Origin: Amoebophrya sp. A120
Lineage: Eukaryota > Protista > Dinoflagellata
DNA: 64,000 nucleotides
Assembly: GCA_905178155.1 (NCBI GenBank)
Contig: CAJINV010000005.1
Span: forward strand, 7,184,989 to 7,248,988
Reading direction: 5' to 3'
The notes under the pieces were generated by a model. That model was not told the origin of the DNA. It ran no database searches and saw nothing but the letters and a program-made list of their open reading frames with translations. Of the stretch, positions 11,665-24,200 are shown one piece after another (the stretch's first letter is position 1; every line of letters begins with the position of its first letter). A program made the position numbers and the translations under genes.

Positions 11665-14235
11665 CCCGGAGGTCGGAGTTTCCGGGGACCGCGGGACCCG
11701 GCGGTCGGAGTTTCCGGGGAACGCAGCGCCGCGCGCGGAGGTTTCGGGGGCCGCGGGACCCGGCGGTCGCTCGGAGTTTCCGGGGGCCGCAGGGCCCGGA
11801 GGGTGGAGTTCCCGGGGAACGCGGGGCCCGGAGGTCGGAGGTTTCGGGGACCGCGGGGCCCGGAGTTCGGAGGGCCCGGGGACCGCGGGACCCGAAGGGC
11901 GGGGGTTTCGGGGACCCCGGGGCCCGAAGGTCGGAGGTTTCGGGGACCCCGCGCCCCGGAAGTCGGGGACTTCGGGGACCCCGGGACCCAAAGGTCGGGC
12001 GGAGTTTCCGGGGAACCCGGGACCCGAAGGTCGGAGGTTTCGGGGACCCGGAGGTCGGAGGTTTCGGGGACCGTGGGACCCGAAGGTCGGAGGTTTCGGG
12101 GACCCCGGGACCCGGAGGTCGGAGGCTTCGGGGAGCCTGGGGCCCGTAGGTCGGAGGTTTCGGGTACCGGGGGACCCCGAGGTCGGAGGTTTCGGGGACC
12201 ATTGGGCCCGGAGGTCGGAGGCTTCGGGGACCCCGGGACCCGGAGGTCGGAGGTTTCGGGGACCCCGGGACCCGGAGCTCGGGGGTTTCGGGGACCGCGG
12301 GACCCGGAGGTCGGAGGTTTGTTTCGGGGACCGCGGGACCAGGAGATCGGAGGGAGGTTTCGAGGACCGCGGGACCCGAAGGTCGGAGGTTTCGGGGACC
12401 GCGGGGCCCGGAGGTCGGAGGGAGGTTTCAGGGACCGCGGGACCCGGAGGTCGGAGGTTTCGGGGACCCCGGAGCCCGGGGGTCGGAGTTTCCGGGGAAC
12501 CGGGGTTCGGAGGTTTCGGGGACCGTGGGGCCCGGGGGTCCGTCGGAGGTTTCGGGGACCCCGGGACCCGGAGGTCGGACGTTTCGGGGACCGCGGGACC
12601 CGGAGGTCGGAGGTTTCGGGGACCGTGGGGCCCGGAGGTCGGAGGTTTCGAGGACCCCGGGACCCGGGGGTCGGAGGTTTCGGGGACCGCGGGGCCCAAA
12701 GGCCGGAGCGAGGTTGTGGGGAAACCGGGACCCGGAGGCTTCGGGGCCCCGGAGGTTTCGGGGACCCCGGGACCCGGAGGTCGGAGGTTTCGGAAAAGCG
12801 GGACCCGGAGGTCGGAGGTTTCGGGGACCGCGGGACCCGGAGGTCGGAGGTTTCTTTCGGGGACCGCGGGACCCGAAGGTCGGAGGTTTCGGGGACCCCG
12901 GGGCCCGGAGGTCGGAGGTTTCGGGGACCGCGGGACCCGGAGGTCGGGGGTTTCGGGGACCGCGGGACCCGGAGGTCGGAGGTTTCGGGGACCGCGGTGC
13001 CCGGAGGCCGGAGGTTTCGGGGACCGCGGGACCCGGAGGTCGGGGGTTTCGGGGACCCCGGGACCCGAAGGTCGGAGGTTTCGGGGACCGCGGGGCCCGG
13101 AGGTCGGAGGCTTGGAGGTTTCGGAGACCCCGGGACCCGGAGTTCGGAGCTTTCGGGGACCGCGGGGCCCGGAGTTCGGAGGTTTCGGGGACCGCGGGGC
13201 CCGGAGGTCGGAGGTTTCGGGGACCGCGGGGCCCGGAGGTCGGAGGTTTCGGGGACCCCGAGACCCGAAGGTCGGAGGTTTCGGGGACCCCGAGACCCGA
13301 AGGTCGGAGGTTTCGGGGACCGCGGGACCCGGAGGTCGGGGGCTTCGGGGGCCCCGGGACCCGGAGGTCGGAGCTTTCGGGGACCCGGAGTTCGGAGGTT
13401 TCGGGGACCGCGGGGCCCGGAGGTCGGAGGCTTCGGGGACCACGGGGCCCGGAGGTTTCGGGGACCCCGGGACCCGAAGATCGGGGGTTTCGGGGACCGC
13501 GGGGCCCGGAGGTCGGGGGCTTCGGGGACCCCGGGACCCGAAGGTCGGAGGTTTCGGGGACCCCGGGACCCGGAGGTCGGAGCTTTCGGGGACCCGGAGT
13601 TCGGAGGGTTCGGGGACCGCGGGGCCCGGAGTTCGGAGGTTTCGGGGACCGCGGGGCCCGCAGGTCGGACGCTTCGGGGAACCCGGGACCCGAAGGTCGG
13701 AGGTTTCGGGGACCCCGGGGCCCGGAGGTCGGAGGTTTTGGGGACCCCGGGACCCGGAGGTCGGAGGTTTCGGGGGCCGCGGGACCCGGAGGTCGGAGGT
13801 TTCGGGGGCCCCGGGACCCGGAGGTCGGAGGTTTCGGGGACCGCGGGATTCGGAGGTCGGAGGTTTCGGGGACCCCCGGACCCGGAGGTCGGAGGTTTCG
13901 GGGACCCCGGGACCCGGAGGTCGGAGTTTCCGGGGAACCCGGGACCCGAAGGTCGGAGTTTCCGGGGAACCCGGGCCCCGGAGGTCGGAGGTTTCGGGGA
14001 CCGCGGGACGTGGAGGTCGGAGGTTTCGGGGACCGCGGGACCCGGAGGCCGGAGGTTTCGGGGACCACGGGGCCCGGAGGTCGGAGGTTTCGGGGACCAC
14101 GGGGCCCGGAGGTCGGAGGTTTCGGGGACCGCGGGGCCCGGAGGTCGGAGGTTTCGGGGACCACGGGGCCCGGAGGTCGGAGGTTTCGGGGACCACGGGG
14201 CCCGGAGGTCGGAGGTTTTGGTCGGGAGGTTTCGG
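11665..14235. repeat. 32-bp GC-rich satellite (CGGAGGTCGGAGGTTTCGGGGACCGCGGGACC)n
   Basis: About 2.6 kb of tandem variants; 32-aa periodicity in the six-frame ORFs. Confidence 0.95.
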
Positions 14236-14325
14236 GAGTTGAGGCTGGAGGTCGCGGGAGTTGTTGGCTGAGGTTTCCGGAGGTGTGCGTTAAAATTTTT
14301 TGTTCTATACTTATCATTGCGCATT

Positions 14326-16627
14326 ATAATAAATTTTGATTGTCAGGTGGAGTAAAAGTAAAACGGTAATATAGTGGACTACTCAGATTCAGAAGACGGA
14401 TCTACTTACTTATTTCTTTGGGAGGTGACTACAGCAATGTCGCTCACCTTTCTGCTTCTTTTTCTTTTAAGTATTTACGCATTTTTTTAACATTAACATC
14501 TACATCTCTGCTTTATTTCGACTCGCTCCTTTTCATCATTATCTCTTCCTATATACTTTTACTGATTTTCATTTTACATAACGACGCACGCAAATGAATT
14601 AATAGTTAAGTATTTATCAAAAAAAGAGCATCTTGTTTCTGTATCTGTATTATTAAAGCCCCCTCTTACTGAAGTATTTCTATTTTCCTGCGTCTCACCC
14701 CTTCCAACAACCGTATTTGATGAAGGCACCAGCATCACACGGAGCGCACAATTACTATTTCATGCGGTCGCGAAAGTTGATATGAAGGACGAAGTATCCC
14801 ACTTCTTCCCCCCTTATCTAATCGAGTCCTTTCTTTTACGACTAACCAGGAAAACATCTCCGTAGTTTGCTCGTGTCTGACGAATGAAGAAGATAAAGTG
14901 AGTATCTCTGTACCTGTAGGCATGCTTTGCGGATCTTTTTCAACGTGATGGGCCGTGTTGGGAGACAACGCAGGTCCGGGAGTGAAAGCCCATGACGGCC
15001 CGCGCCCGACGCCACTTTCGGGGGCGGACATAATGCGGGCCGAGATGGAGCGGAATTGGGTACCTCCGAGCAGGTGAGCTCGAAAGTAGAGCGAGCTTGT
15101 TGCTGAGATTGATGTGGCGAAAAAACGTACAGGGTGGCTTATTGAAAAAATCCTTTCGATGTTACAGTATGAATAAATTTTGATTTTCAGGTGGAGCAAA
15201 AGTAAAACGCTAATATAGTGGGCTACTTACTCAGATTCTTCAGAAGACGGATCTACTTATTTCTTTGCGAGTTGACTACAGGAGCAATGTCGCTCACCTT
15301 TCTTTTCTTTTTTCTATTCACGCACTTTTTTAACATTTTACTTCGATTCCGACTTGTACTCACCTCTTTTCATCATGACCTCTTCCTACGTATTTTTACT
15401 TCTAATTTTGATTCTCTACGCTACCGTCTGGAGATCTGTGCTAACTTCTTCTCCTACAGTGCCAAAGATCTGGATACTAGTTTCCCTGCGCTACACTTCT
15501 GTCCGAAGAACAAGATCCAGTTGCAAGCTGGATCCGTGCGAAAAGACAGCTGATACAGGTAGAACGCCAGTTAGTTGCAGTGGCGGATGAAGGCTGACGA
15601 TGTTCATCTGCGGTAGCAAAAATCAATACAAGATCAAGAACCAGATCCCCAAGCTTTCACAAGGCGAGTACAGCTGTACCAGATCCACATCCACCGGCAT
15701 TACCATGGTCCCCCGAAGGCAGGCTTGTTTGAATCGGAAAAAAAAAATAAAGATCGCAAAATAAAATAAAGAAAGCTCTGCGACAAATCCGCAAGGATGA
15801 GCATTAAGAAAGGGTTAATAGGGTTTAGGGGCAAGGCAACTGGGCGACGCTGGGTGTAACTTCGTGTTTTCCAGTGTTTCCTGGTGGCGTTTGCGTGCCA
15901 TCGCTTAAGCCTCGGCTACGCTGATGTTGACAGGAAGGGAGAGCAGAGGAGGCTCTCTTAGGACCTGCCAGTTTTGTGGATCCTGTTGGACACGAGGAAG
16001 GGCAAGCAGAGGCGGCTTGTTTTGGACCTCGTGGCTGCGCGGAGGTTGGTAGAACTAGCACGGAAGAGGAGGTAGTGCTAGTCCCGCCTGAAGCCAAGGA
16101 CTAAGAGCATCCCGGTGCAATTTTTCTGAGGCAACTCCCCAGTCTTGGCTGTTCGACATCAAAGCGGGTGTTTTTTAGTCAAGTTCTGGTGGAAAATTGT
16201 TGAAACACAGCTTGCCTGCCACTTACTCTCAGGAACTCAGATAGCACGTACAACAGTCACTCGCTCGCCTAAAGAAGCGAGCACACAGTTGATTTTACAC
16301 ATTAACGACGCACCCAAAATTAATTAACTATTTAGTGGCAGTAACATCAACAACACGAAAAAACATCTTGTTTCTGTATCTGTACTACTAAAGCCCCCTC
16401 TTACTGAAGTATTTTCCTGCGTCTCACCCCTTTCAAAAACCGTATTTGATGAAGGCACCAGCATCACACGGAGCGCACAACTACTACGACACGCGGTCGT
16501 GAGCAAAGTTATGAAGGACGAAGTCTCCCACTTCTTGACCCCTTATCTAATTACAGAGTCCTTTCTTTTACGACTAAACAAGAAAACATCTCCGGTTGCT
16601 GGTGTCTGATGAATGAAGAAGATAAAG
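14326..16627. repeat. Diverged tandem duplication (unit also matches 10810-11015)
   Basis: 14326-14560 ~ 15172-15400; 14570-14897 ~ 16295-16627; 10810-11010 ~ 14900-15160. Confidence 0.8.
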
Positions 16628-17642
16628 AACGCGTTTGAAGAACATCATATCATTATCATATCAAAAGAATTCGCTACGACACACAGAGGTGAGGCTGCAT
16701 CATGCGGCGTCGCGTGAAAATCAGTGTGAGCAAAAATCACTTTCCAGGTTGTTGCTCACTGCTTCTGCTCCTGTTTGCAGAAGACGGGCAGAGGGACGAG
16801 GTTTTCCACATCTACATGTGAAAGCTGGTAGAACTACCAAAAATATAATCAGGTGCCGATCCACACTCATGTCCGTGTTGAACGACATGCACTTGTTATG
16901 CCGCCGTTGAACAACAGAGCGTGAAATCAAAGCCCGCAGATGCAGAAATAAAAAGGACAAAATCCACCCAGATCAAAAAAATAAAGATGAAGTTTCGTTC
17001 TCATTGTCGGTGAGAGCATGATCCGCTTGGACGCCGTAGATCTTCGATAATGTCGAGCAATAGAAGATTTCTGATAGATCATCCGGGCACTCTACACTTT
17101 CGGACGATATCTGCTCGTTATTTTGGTCGCAAAAAATCAAATCAGATCCAACTCTTTGAAGAAGATTCGTCCCTGTGGTCAAAAAAAAGATCATAAATAA
17201 CGACATGTGTGTTGGAAACTCTGTTGCAACTATTTCTACAAGACAGAAGAATGCTCAAAATTTCGCATGATTGTTCTTCGTGGCGGCACACAGATCATTT
17301 GGATTGGTATTGCAAAGAAATCAATTGCTCTTGATGCAGTTTGCATTTGATCGCAACTTGTCAGGACATCGTGGTAAAATAAAGAAGTTATTCCTCATCT
17401 TCAAAAAGAAGAAGAAGAACTCGGCGAACAGGCAATTTTATTCAGCACTGCGACCTGAAGTAGTTATGCTAAAAAAGCTAGAACAATGCATTTCTCCTTC
17501 ATAGAACAAGTGACACAACAGAAGTGAGCCGGTTACTGCGCTTGAACAAAAAAAGCAGGAGCGTTTCTCCAGTCCTCCTCGTCAAATAGAAATACAATAT
17601 TCAAAGCACCCATTTGACAACCAGCGATCTATAGATTTGAAA

Positions 17643-20132
17643 ATGTCTCGGTTCGGGCAATTTGTGATGGGTCCCGCGGGCGCCGGGAAGTCGACCTACT
17701 GCCACTTCTATCCACAGTAAATTTCCCGTACACGTACAAATGTGATTTCTGCATGACAAACTTTTCTTCCAATCCTATTCAGCACGACAAGTTGCATGCT
17801 CCAACTTTGTAAAATTTGTCATGCATTTTGTACGTGTGCAGGAAATTTGTATTGCATAACGTCATGGCGGAGCACATGGAAATCACGCACAAGAAGCGCT
17901 GCCGAATAGTAAACTTTATTCTGTGCAAAAGTATCGTACTCGTAGTAATCGCAGTCATGCATTACAAATCTCCGTCCCAAGGTAGAACAGCATGACAAAT
18001 TCCATTTGTCGAGCTGAGCTAATTTGTATTGCAATTACGACGCTAATTTGTATTGCAATTACGACTAGCACTAGTACGATACTTTTGCAGTTCATAAATT
18101 TGGACCCAGCACTGCATGAAAATGTAGAAACAACGACGATGAATAAACAGGATACTGACGGACAACTAAATCCAGATGGAACAGCGACTTGTTCCTCAAA
18201 TAAAAATCCCAGTCCCGGCGGGTACGACTACGACATCGACATTCGCGACTTAATTACCTCCGACGATATTCAGGAAGAGTTGGAATTCGGCCCCAACGGC
18301 GGGCTGGTGTACGCCATGGAATACTTCGGGGAGCACCTAAACACGTGTATCAAATGTAAAAATGTCTGTGAAGAATGCAAGTTTGTCATACTTGTCTGGC
18401 GTGACTCTTAAATCTGTCATGCACATTACCAAAGCGCCCCACTTATTTTCTGTCATGCAGAAACGTAGTTTGTCATGCAGAATAGGCAACACCTAGAAGC
18501 TCAGAAACTTGTCATGCTGAGCCAGCAATTGTCGCCTCCTCATGATACGCCACACAGCATCACAAATTTCCAGACCCAGACATATTTGCAATTCATGACG
18601 TGGTTTCGCGAGCAAATCGAGGAATACCAAACTGATTCCGAGTACTTCCTGTTCGACTGTCCCGGGCAGATCGAGCTTTACGTGCACCACCCGGTGATGC
18701 GTTCGGTGGTGGAGTTCCTGCAGAATGACCTGCAGATCCGCATGTGCGGTATTTTCTTGCTCGACGCGGCCACCGTGGTAAACGAGCACAGTTGCGCCTC
18801 GAAATTCCTGTCCGGCTCGCTAATGGCCCTGAATGCGATGCTGCACTTGCAGTTACCCCACCTCAACTTGTTGACCAAAGTGGACTTGTTGGTTACAAAC
18901 AACCTGGTCGGGGGCGGTGCTGGCGCGTCGAGATCAGCAGACGATGGAGACGACGGCAAAATGAGCAAGAAAACTACTCTGGACAAAAACTACCGACAGG
19001 AGGACGATTTCATACTGTGAGGAAAAATCCCCCCGCCCCATATCGAAAAGGCGTGCTTTTCAAAATTTGTGATGCTGATTTGTGACCACAAATCGAGTCT
19101 TGCAAGAGAGCAACGCCAGAGCGTCCGCCGCATTTCGCAGGAAGATTTGGAAGGCTGCTGCGCCACAACTGGGGCAGACGTCTGCCATGCTAAGCGCCTA
19201 CCTCAAGCCACCCCTTTCTGAGCTTTGTATCTGCCTGCGGTGCTCTACTGCAAGACAGAGCTGATTTGTGTACGCAAATACAGCATCACAGGCTTCCCTT
19301 TCGATATGAGCAGGAGGGGGATTTTTCATTTTGATACTTCACGGACCCTATTCAGCAACTGCACCACCAAGAAAAAACGGGTGACGAACAGGAGGACGAA
19401 TTTCAGAGGAAGATGCAAAACGCGGTTGCCGACCGGTTTCTGGATTTGTGCCAACCCTCAGACTTGCTCCCTGAACTGAACCAGACCATGCACCCCAGGT
19501 TTAAGCAGTTGAACGCCGCGATTGTGGAATTGCTGGAGCAGTACCAAATGGTCTCCTACAGCACCCTATCTGCGAAGTACGACGAAGAATCCTTGAACGA
19601 AATCTCCCACCGAGTCAACGACTTGTTGCAGTATTACGAAGAGCAGGAATATCAAATGCAAAAATGTCTGGGTCTGGGAGATTCTGAGACTTGTCATGCA
19701 CGTTTTGCACGAGCCATGATGTCTGTGATGCATGCCGTAGCGTCACAGATTTTTCGAGGGGTTCTTGATCTTGATGCCTATTTCGCATGACAAATGCCCT
19801 ATCCACGTAACAAAAAATACATTCCCTTTGCTACTCATGCAATACAATTTTTTTTGGAATCCAAATGCAGCATCACAAGTTGCATTCTTCCAGATCCAGA
19901 CACTTTTGCATTTGATAAGGAAGTGGACGATAAGGGCTATGACCGGGCCATGGAAAGGATAAACGAGGGAAATAACGAAGACATGGAAGAATATGGAGGT
20001 GATCATTATTTTGCTGAACAAGGGGGCAACGATTGTTCGTACGAAAATGTTGATCGAGATTTTCAGAAAACCATGGAAAACATGTCTTTGGACGACGTAG
20101 ACTTAGAAAAATTTGGGCTTCTGGGGGCGTGA
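17643..20132 (+). CDS. GPN3: GPN-loop GTPase 3
   Basis: Spliced product MSRFGQFVMGPAGAGKSTYC...IVNLDPA...DIDIRDLI..DDIQEELEFGPNGGLVYAMEY...YFLFDCPGQIELYVH...LPHLNLLTKVDLL...FKQLNAAIVELLEQYQMVSY; P-loop, GPN loop and DCPGQIE typical of GPN3; 5 introners, no GT-AG intron. Confidence 0.93.
17709..17858. mobile_element. Introner family H
   Basis: TIR AAATTTCC..CACGTACAAA; DR acttc/acgtc; in GPN3. Confidence 0.85.
17917..18096. mobile_element. Introner family B
   Basis: DR aactt/aattt; splits NLDPA of GPN3. Confidence 0.9.
18348..18597. mobile_element. Introner family A
   Basis: TIR; DR acgtg. Confidence 0.9.
19013..19336. mobile_element. Introner family C
   Basis: TIR; DR tttca/cttca. Confidence 0.88.
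19650..19917. mobile_element. Introner family A
   Basis: TIR; DR aggaa. Confidence 0.92.
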
Positions 20133-21271
20133 TTTTTGTACGAGATCATGAAAGCGCGGCCTGCAGCAGGATTTGTTGTAGAGGATCCCTTTCATCTGCA
20201 GATGAAGATCCTGGTCTGAGCGGCAGCGCAAAAATAAAACACGACCTACTTCTACATGTTGACAAAATGAAGAACCTGCACACTGAAGGAAAAAAGCAAC
20301 TGTGCTGCATAGAAAGAGCCGCATACAAAAAATCTTTACAAAAGTACACTCGTGATCACGATCGCGCAGGGACACAGCCACATGGGGATTCCCGTTTTTG
20401 AACTTCGCACGCACAGTGCTGGTCAAATTTATTGATGTTCTTCTAGCTTTGGCTTTCGTAGTACATTGTGGTCGTTATAATTCGTTCTGGTGATTCTTAT
20501 TCTTCCCGATTTGGCTTTTTGTCGTTGTAGAAGTAGAAGTAGCAACACTAGCATCAGCCTCGGTCACCAGGTCGGCGACAGCTGAATAAAGAGAATATCA
20601 ATATGAATAATAAAGCTGCCCAATTAATAAATTATGATGTCAAGAGCGTGATGGTACTGACGAATCACACAGCAAATCGTAAACTCCTCGTGTCGTGGTG
20701 CGATGAGGCAGCACTTTTGTTACCTCTCCGTCAGAGGAGCAGCTGCACTCATGTAATAACTATGCTTTTCTAAATAAAGTATAGATAGCCCCCTGGGCCG
20801 CGTCCTTGCTTGTTGGTTCGTCAGCTTTGCTACTTCTGAGTGAAGTAGATAAACCAGCACGCACAAAAGTAGTCGCGCCGAGTGGTTCATCTTCTTCTGC
20901 GTTTTTTACTACAACTTCTAGGGCGTTGAGACAAAATGAGTCGTGCAAAGACGCAATACTTGCAGTGTAATGAGCAATGAAGAGAGAACTTCAACAAAGC
21001 GCCAGAGAATGAAATGGGACTTGCAGAAGTTCTCTTCAACAGCTTCAGCTGCAGCTGTAAGGCGTCTGCATAAAGATTTGTTATGCGTAGAAATACTATC
21101 GTCGTGCGGCCTATGAATGGAGGACATTGGATCATGTAATGTCGCGGAGTAGCGGTTTCTAGTTCTAGTAGATGTTCGTTGAGGTATAATACTCGTCTCA
21201 GTGTCCTGCCGCGGCAAGTACTTACTTGTTGGCGAGACCAGCAGGCAGCAAGTCGCGCAGATACTAATGGA

Positions 21272-24200
21272 ATGACGAATTCCACAAGTGGTAGTGCACC
21301 GCCTCATCTCGCAGGTGGAGGTCCCTCCCCTGCCTACAGCCCGGGTGGACAACGAGCTCCTGCTGGTGCAACTTTTCACCAGGCCGAGGGACTGACCTCG
21401 AAGATGATGCCCACTTCTGCCACGACAGAACAACAGGACCGCAGCACCACGACTGCCAAAAGCGCCCACTTCTACCAGCAGGAACAAAGCCAATTATCAA
21501 GCCAGTTGAACGCTCTTGCTGAAAACGAAAAGCTCCGGCAGCAGTTGCAAGAAGCGACGGAAGTTCGGGACCGGTTTCAAAAACAGCTCCAGCAATCCTG
21601 CGCTTTAGTGGCCCAGAAACAGGACGAGGTGGATGAGGTGACCAAAAAGTTGAAACAGCTGAAACAAGACCACCAGGCAGAGCTGTACCAGCAACAGCAA
21701 CAGCATTTAAATCAACTACACCACCAGCGAAGTACTAGTAGAACTACTTTGGACGGTAGTATAAGTGCTGCGGCTGCGGCTGCTCCGTCGGGAGTTGCAG
21801 CAGAAGTAGCTGGCACTTTGAGTTGTACTTCTGCCCCTCATGATGCACCACCGTTGATCCTGTCGGAAACTGCCTCGCAACAGCAGCAGCACGATTCGCT
21901 ACTGATGACGGCCCTCGGAATGTATGGATTGCAAAAATGTCTGTCTCTGGAAAATTGCAACTGGTCATGCTATGCTAAATCCGAATCATGCAAAAATCTG
22001 TGTTGCATGAGTGCCAAAAGCTGTCCACTTTCGACCAAGATAGGAAGGAGTTTCTCATGCAGGATAGGCATGACAGAGACCTCACAGTAGACTCTGTCGT
22101 GCTAGGTCCCGCATTCCAGACCTCAAGGGTCATGGAAAACCTGCATGACAAGTTTATACTCTTCCAGACATCCAGGGATATTTGCAATGCATAGAGTGGA
22201 CGCTTTGGCAAATTCGGTCAACTCGGCTACTTCAAGCCATTTAGCGGAAATGTGCGCGGAGAAAACTTTATGCATTGGAAATTATCGTACAGGTGTTAGT
22301 TACAGTTGTACTAGTATTTAAAAAAATCGCATGACAAATATTTTGCTCAGCATGAGAACTGGCATTTGTAATGCGGATTCGCCTTTAGTTTTGACACTCG
22401 TAGTGCATTAAACGGGATTAGGATCATTACTGCTAGTGCAGCCACTAGTACGGTACTTTTGCAGAGGATAGGCGTCTGAAGCTGTGGTTTTACGGGAAGA
22501 GCTGCAGAAGATGCGGGAGAAGGTACTACAGCTACAACTCACTTTATCGCAAGAAAAAAGTGTTACAGTTACACATTGGCTTGCAGGCATAGCAATACAG
22601 ACAAGCTCTGTCATTCCGCCGGACATGCATGGGAGCTTTGTTTCATACGTGTCTTCGCGTGGGATTTCTGCAATGCAAGCTTTCTCTCTCATGCCGAGAA
22701 ACTTGTTGCGTTGCTGAATTCACTACAAATGTGTAACTGTAACACTTTTTTCATGTGGTGCACTTAGGAGTAGTTTTGGCGCAGCACCACCTGCTCCTCC
22801 TGCATTTCATTGACTCGTCATCATCAGGATTGAAGAACTGGGGTAAGAAGTGCAGTACTTTTCTGGTAGTGCGAAGAACGCATCATCACCTTCTCTAGAC
22901 GTAGACCCTTTAATAAAAAAACAGGAGAAAGCCCTCCGGAGTGAACTCGAAGCCTACTACGACAGGAAATTTCAAGACTACAGCGAGCAGAAGCGCAAGC
23001 AGTGCACGGCAGTGATTGAACAGGCAAAACAGAATATCACAAGAAAAAATTGCTTCACCGGTCGTGTAGTAAACTTCTGATGTGAAGACGGATGTAAGAA
23101 CAAGACAGATGTGTTTGTTTTGCTGCACATGCAAGAAATGGAATGATATCTACTAGGCGTGTAGTTTTCCCGTAGTTCTCTCGCATGGAAAATTGTCTTT
23201 GTCGTGTTGAGCAAACTTGTGATGCGCAACTTGTGATGCGAACTTGATGTGATGCAAACTTGTGATGCAAAATCCTTACACTGAAGCACTTACTTTTTCG
23301 TACGATACAGAAGATGCAAACAGAGGCGACGAAGCTGAAACTGAACCTCGCCGAGGCCAAGATGAACGAAAAGAAAAAAATCGAAGTATCCTGAGTAGAA
23401 AACACGTCCCCACGGCGACGGCCGCAGAGTCAAGATAACATGGGCACTTTGCATCACAAAACGAACAAATCTTGTTGTGTGTTTCGCATGTTGACAAGTT
23501 CATCTTTGGGCTCGCAGCGTAGTGAAAATCGTGTTTTAGCTAGTGTAGCAGTAGCTGTGTGATGAGAATCAGCTGCTGCTTATCCCGGTTCTAGCATGAC
23601 CTCACCCATCATGATCTTTAAACGCCACCAGTACAAAACGCTTCTCGATCGACTGCGCTTTGCATTTTCCATGCAGCTTTTTTGCATGACAAGCAGCGGT
23701 ACCAGGTCGTTCGCGTGGGCCGCGACGGACGTTTTTCCACAGGAGACGAAGAAAAGCTGCAGCCGTTGGAAATCACAATCCAAACGCTGGAGAAAACGAT
23801 CACGATATGAATTGCAAAAGTATCGTACTCGTACAAATGCATGACAAATTCCATCAGCATGAGAAATGAAATTTGTAATGCGGATTTACCTTTAGAAAAA
23901 AATTTGTAATGCGTGATTGCAATTACTACAACGAGTGCGTGTGCGACACTTTTGCACAGGATGCACGACGCTGAAGTGCGATCTGGTCGACAAGGAGAAG
24001 AAGTTGCTGTGCAAGGAATCAGAGCTGATGTTGAAGAACGAACAATTTCAACAGCTGGAGGACTCCTTCCGTTTACAACTCAAGGACAACGAGGAAGCGC
24101 AGTACAGTGCAATGGAAGCAGATTTCAAGACACAGTTTGAGCAGTGGAAAGCGGAAGAAAGTGCGAAGCTTATGATCGTGAGGAAAAATCCCCCCTCCCC

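Noticed and set aside
11547-14339. Six long ORFs (508-925 aa) on both strands
   Set aside because: By-product of a stop-free 32-bp satellite; all frames give the same 32-aa periodic peptides.
15812-15830. GGGTTAATAGGGTTTAGGG telomere-like bit
   Set aside because: Only about two degenerate units; could be chance.
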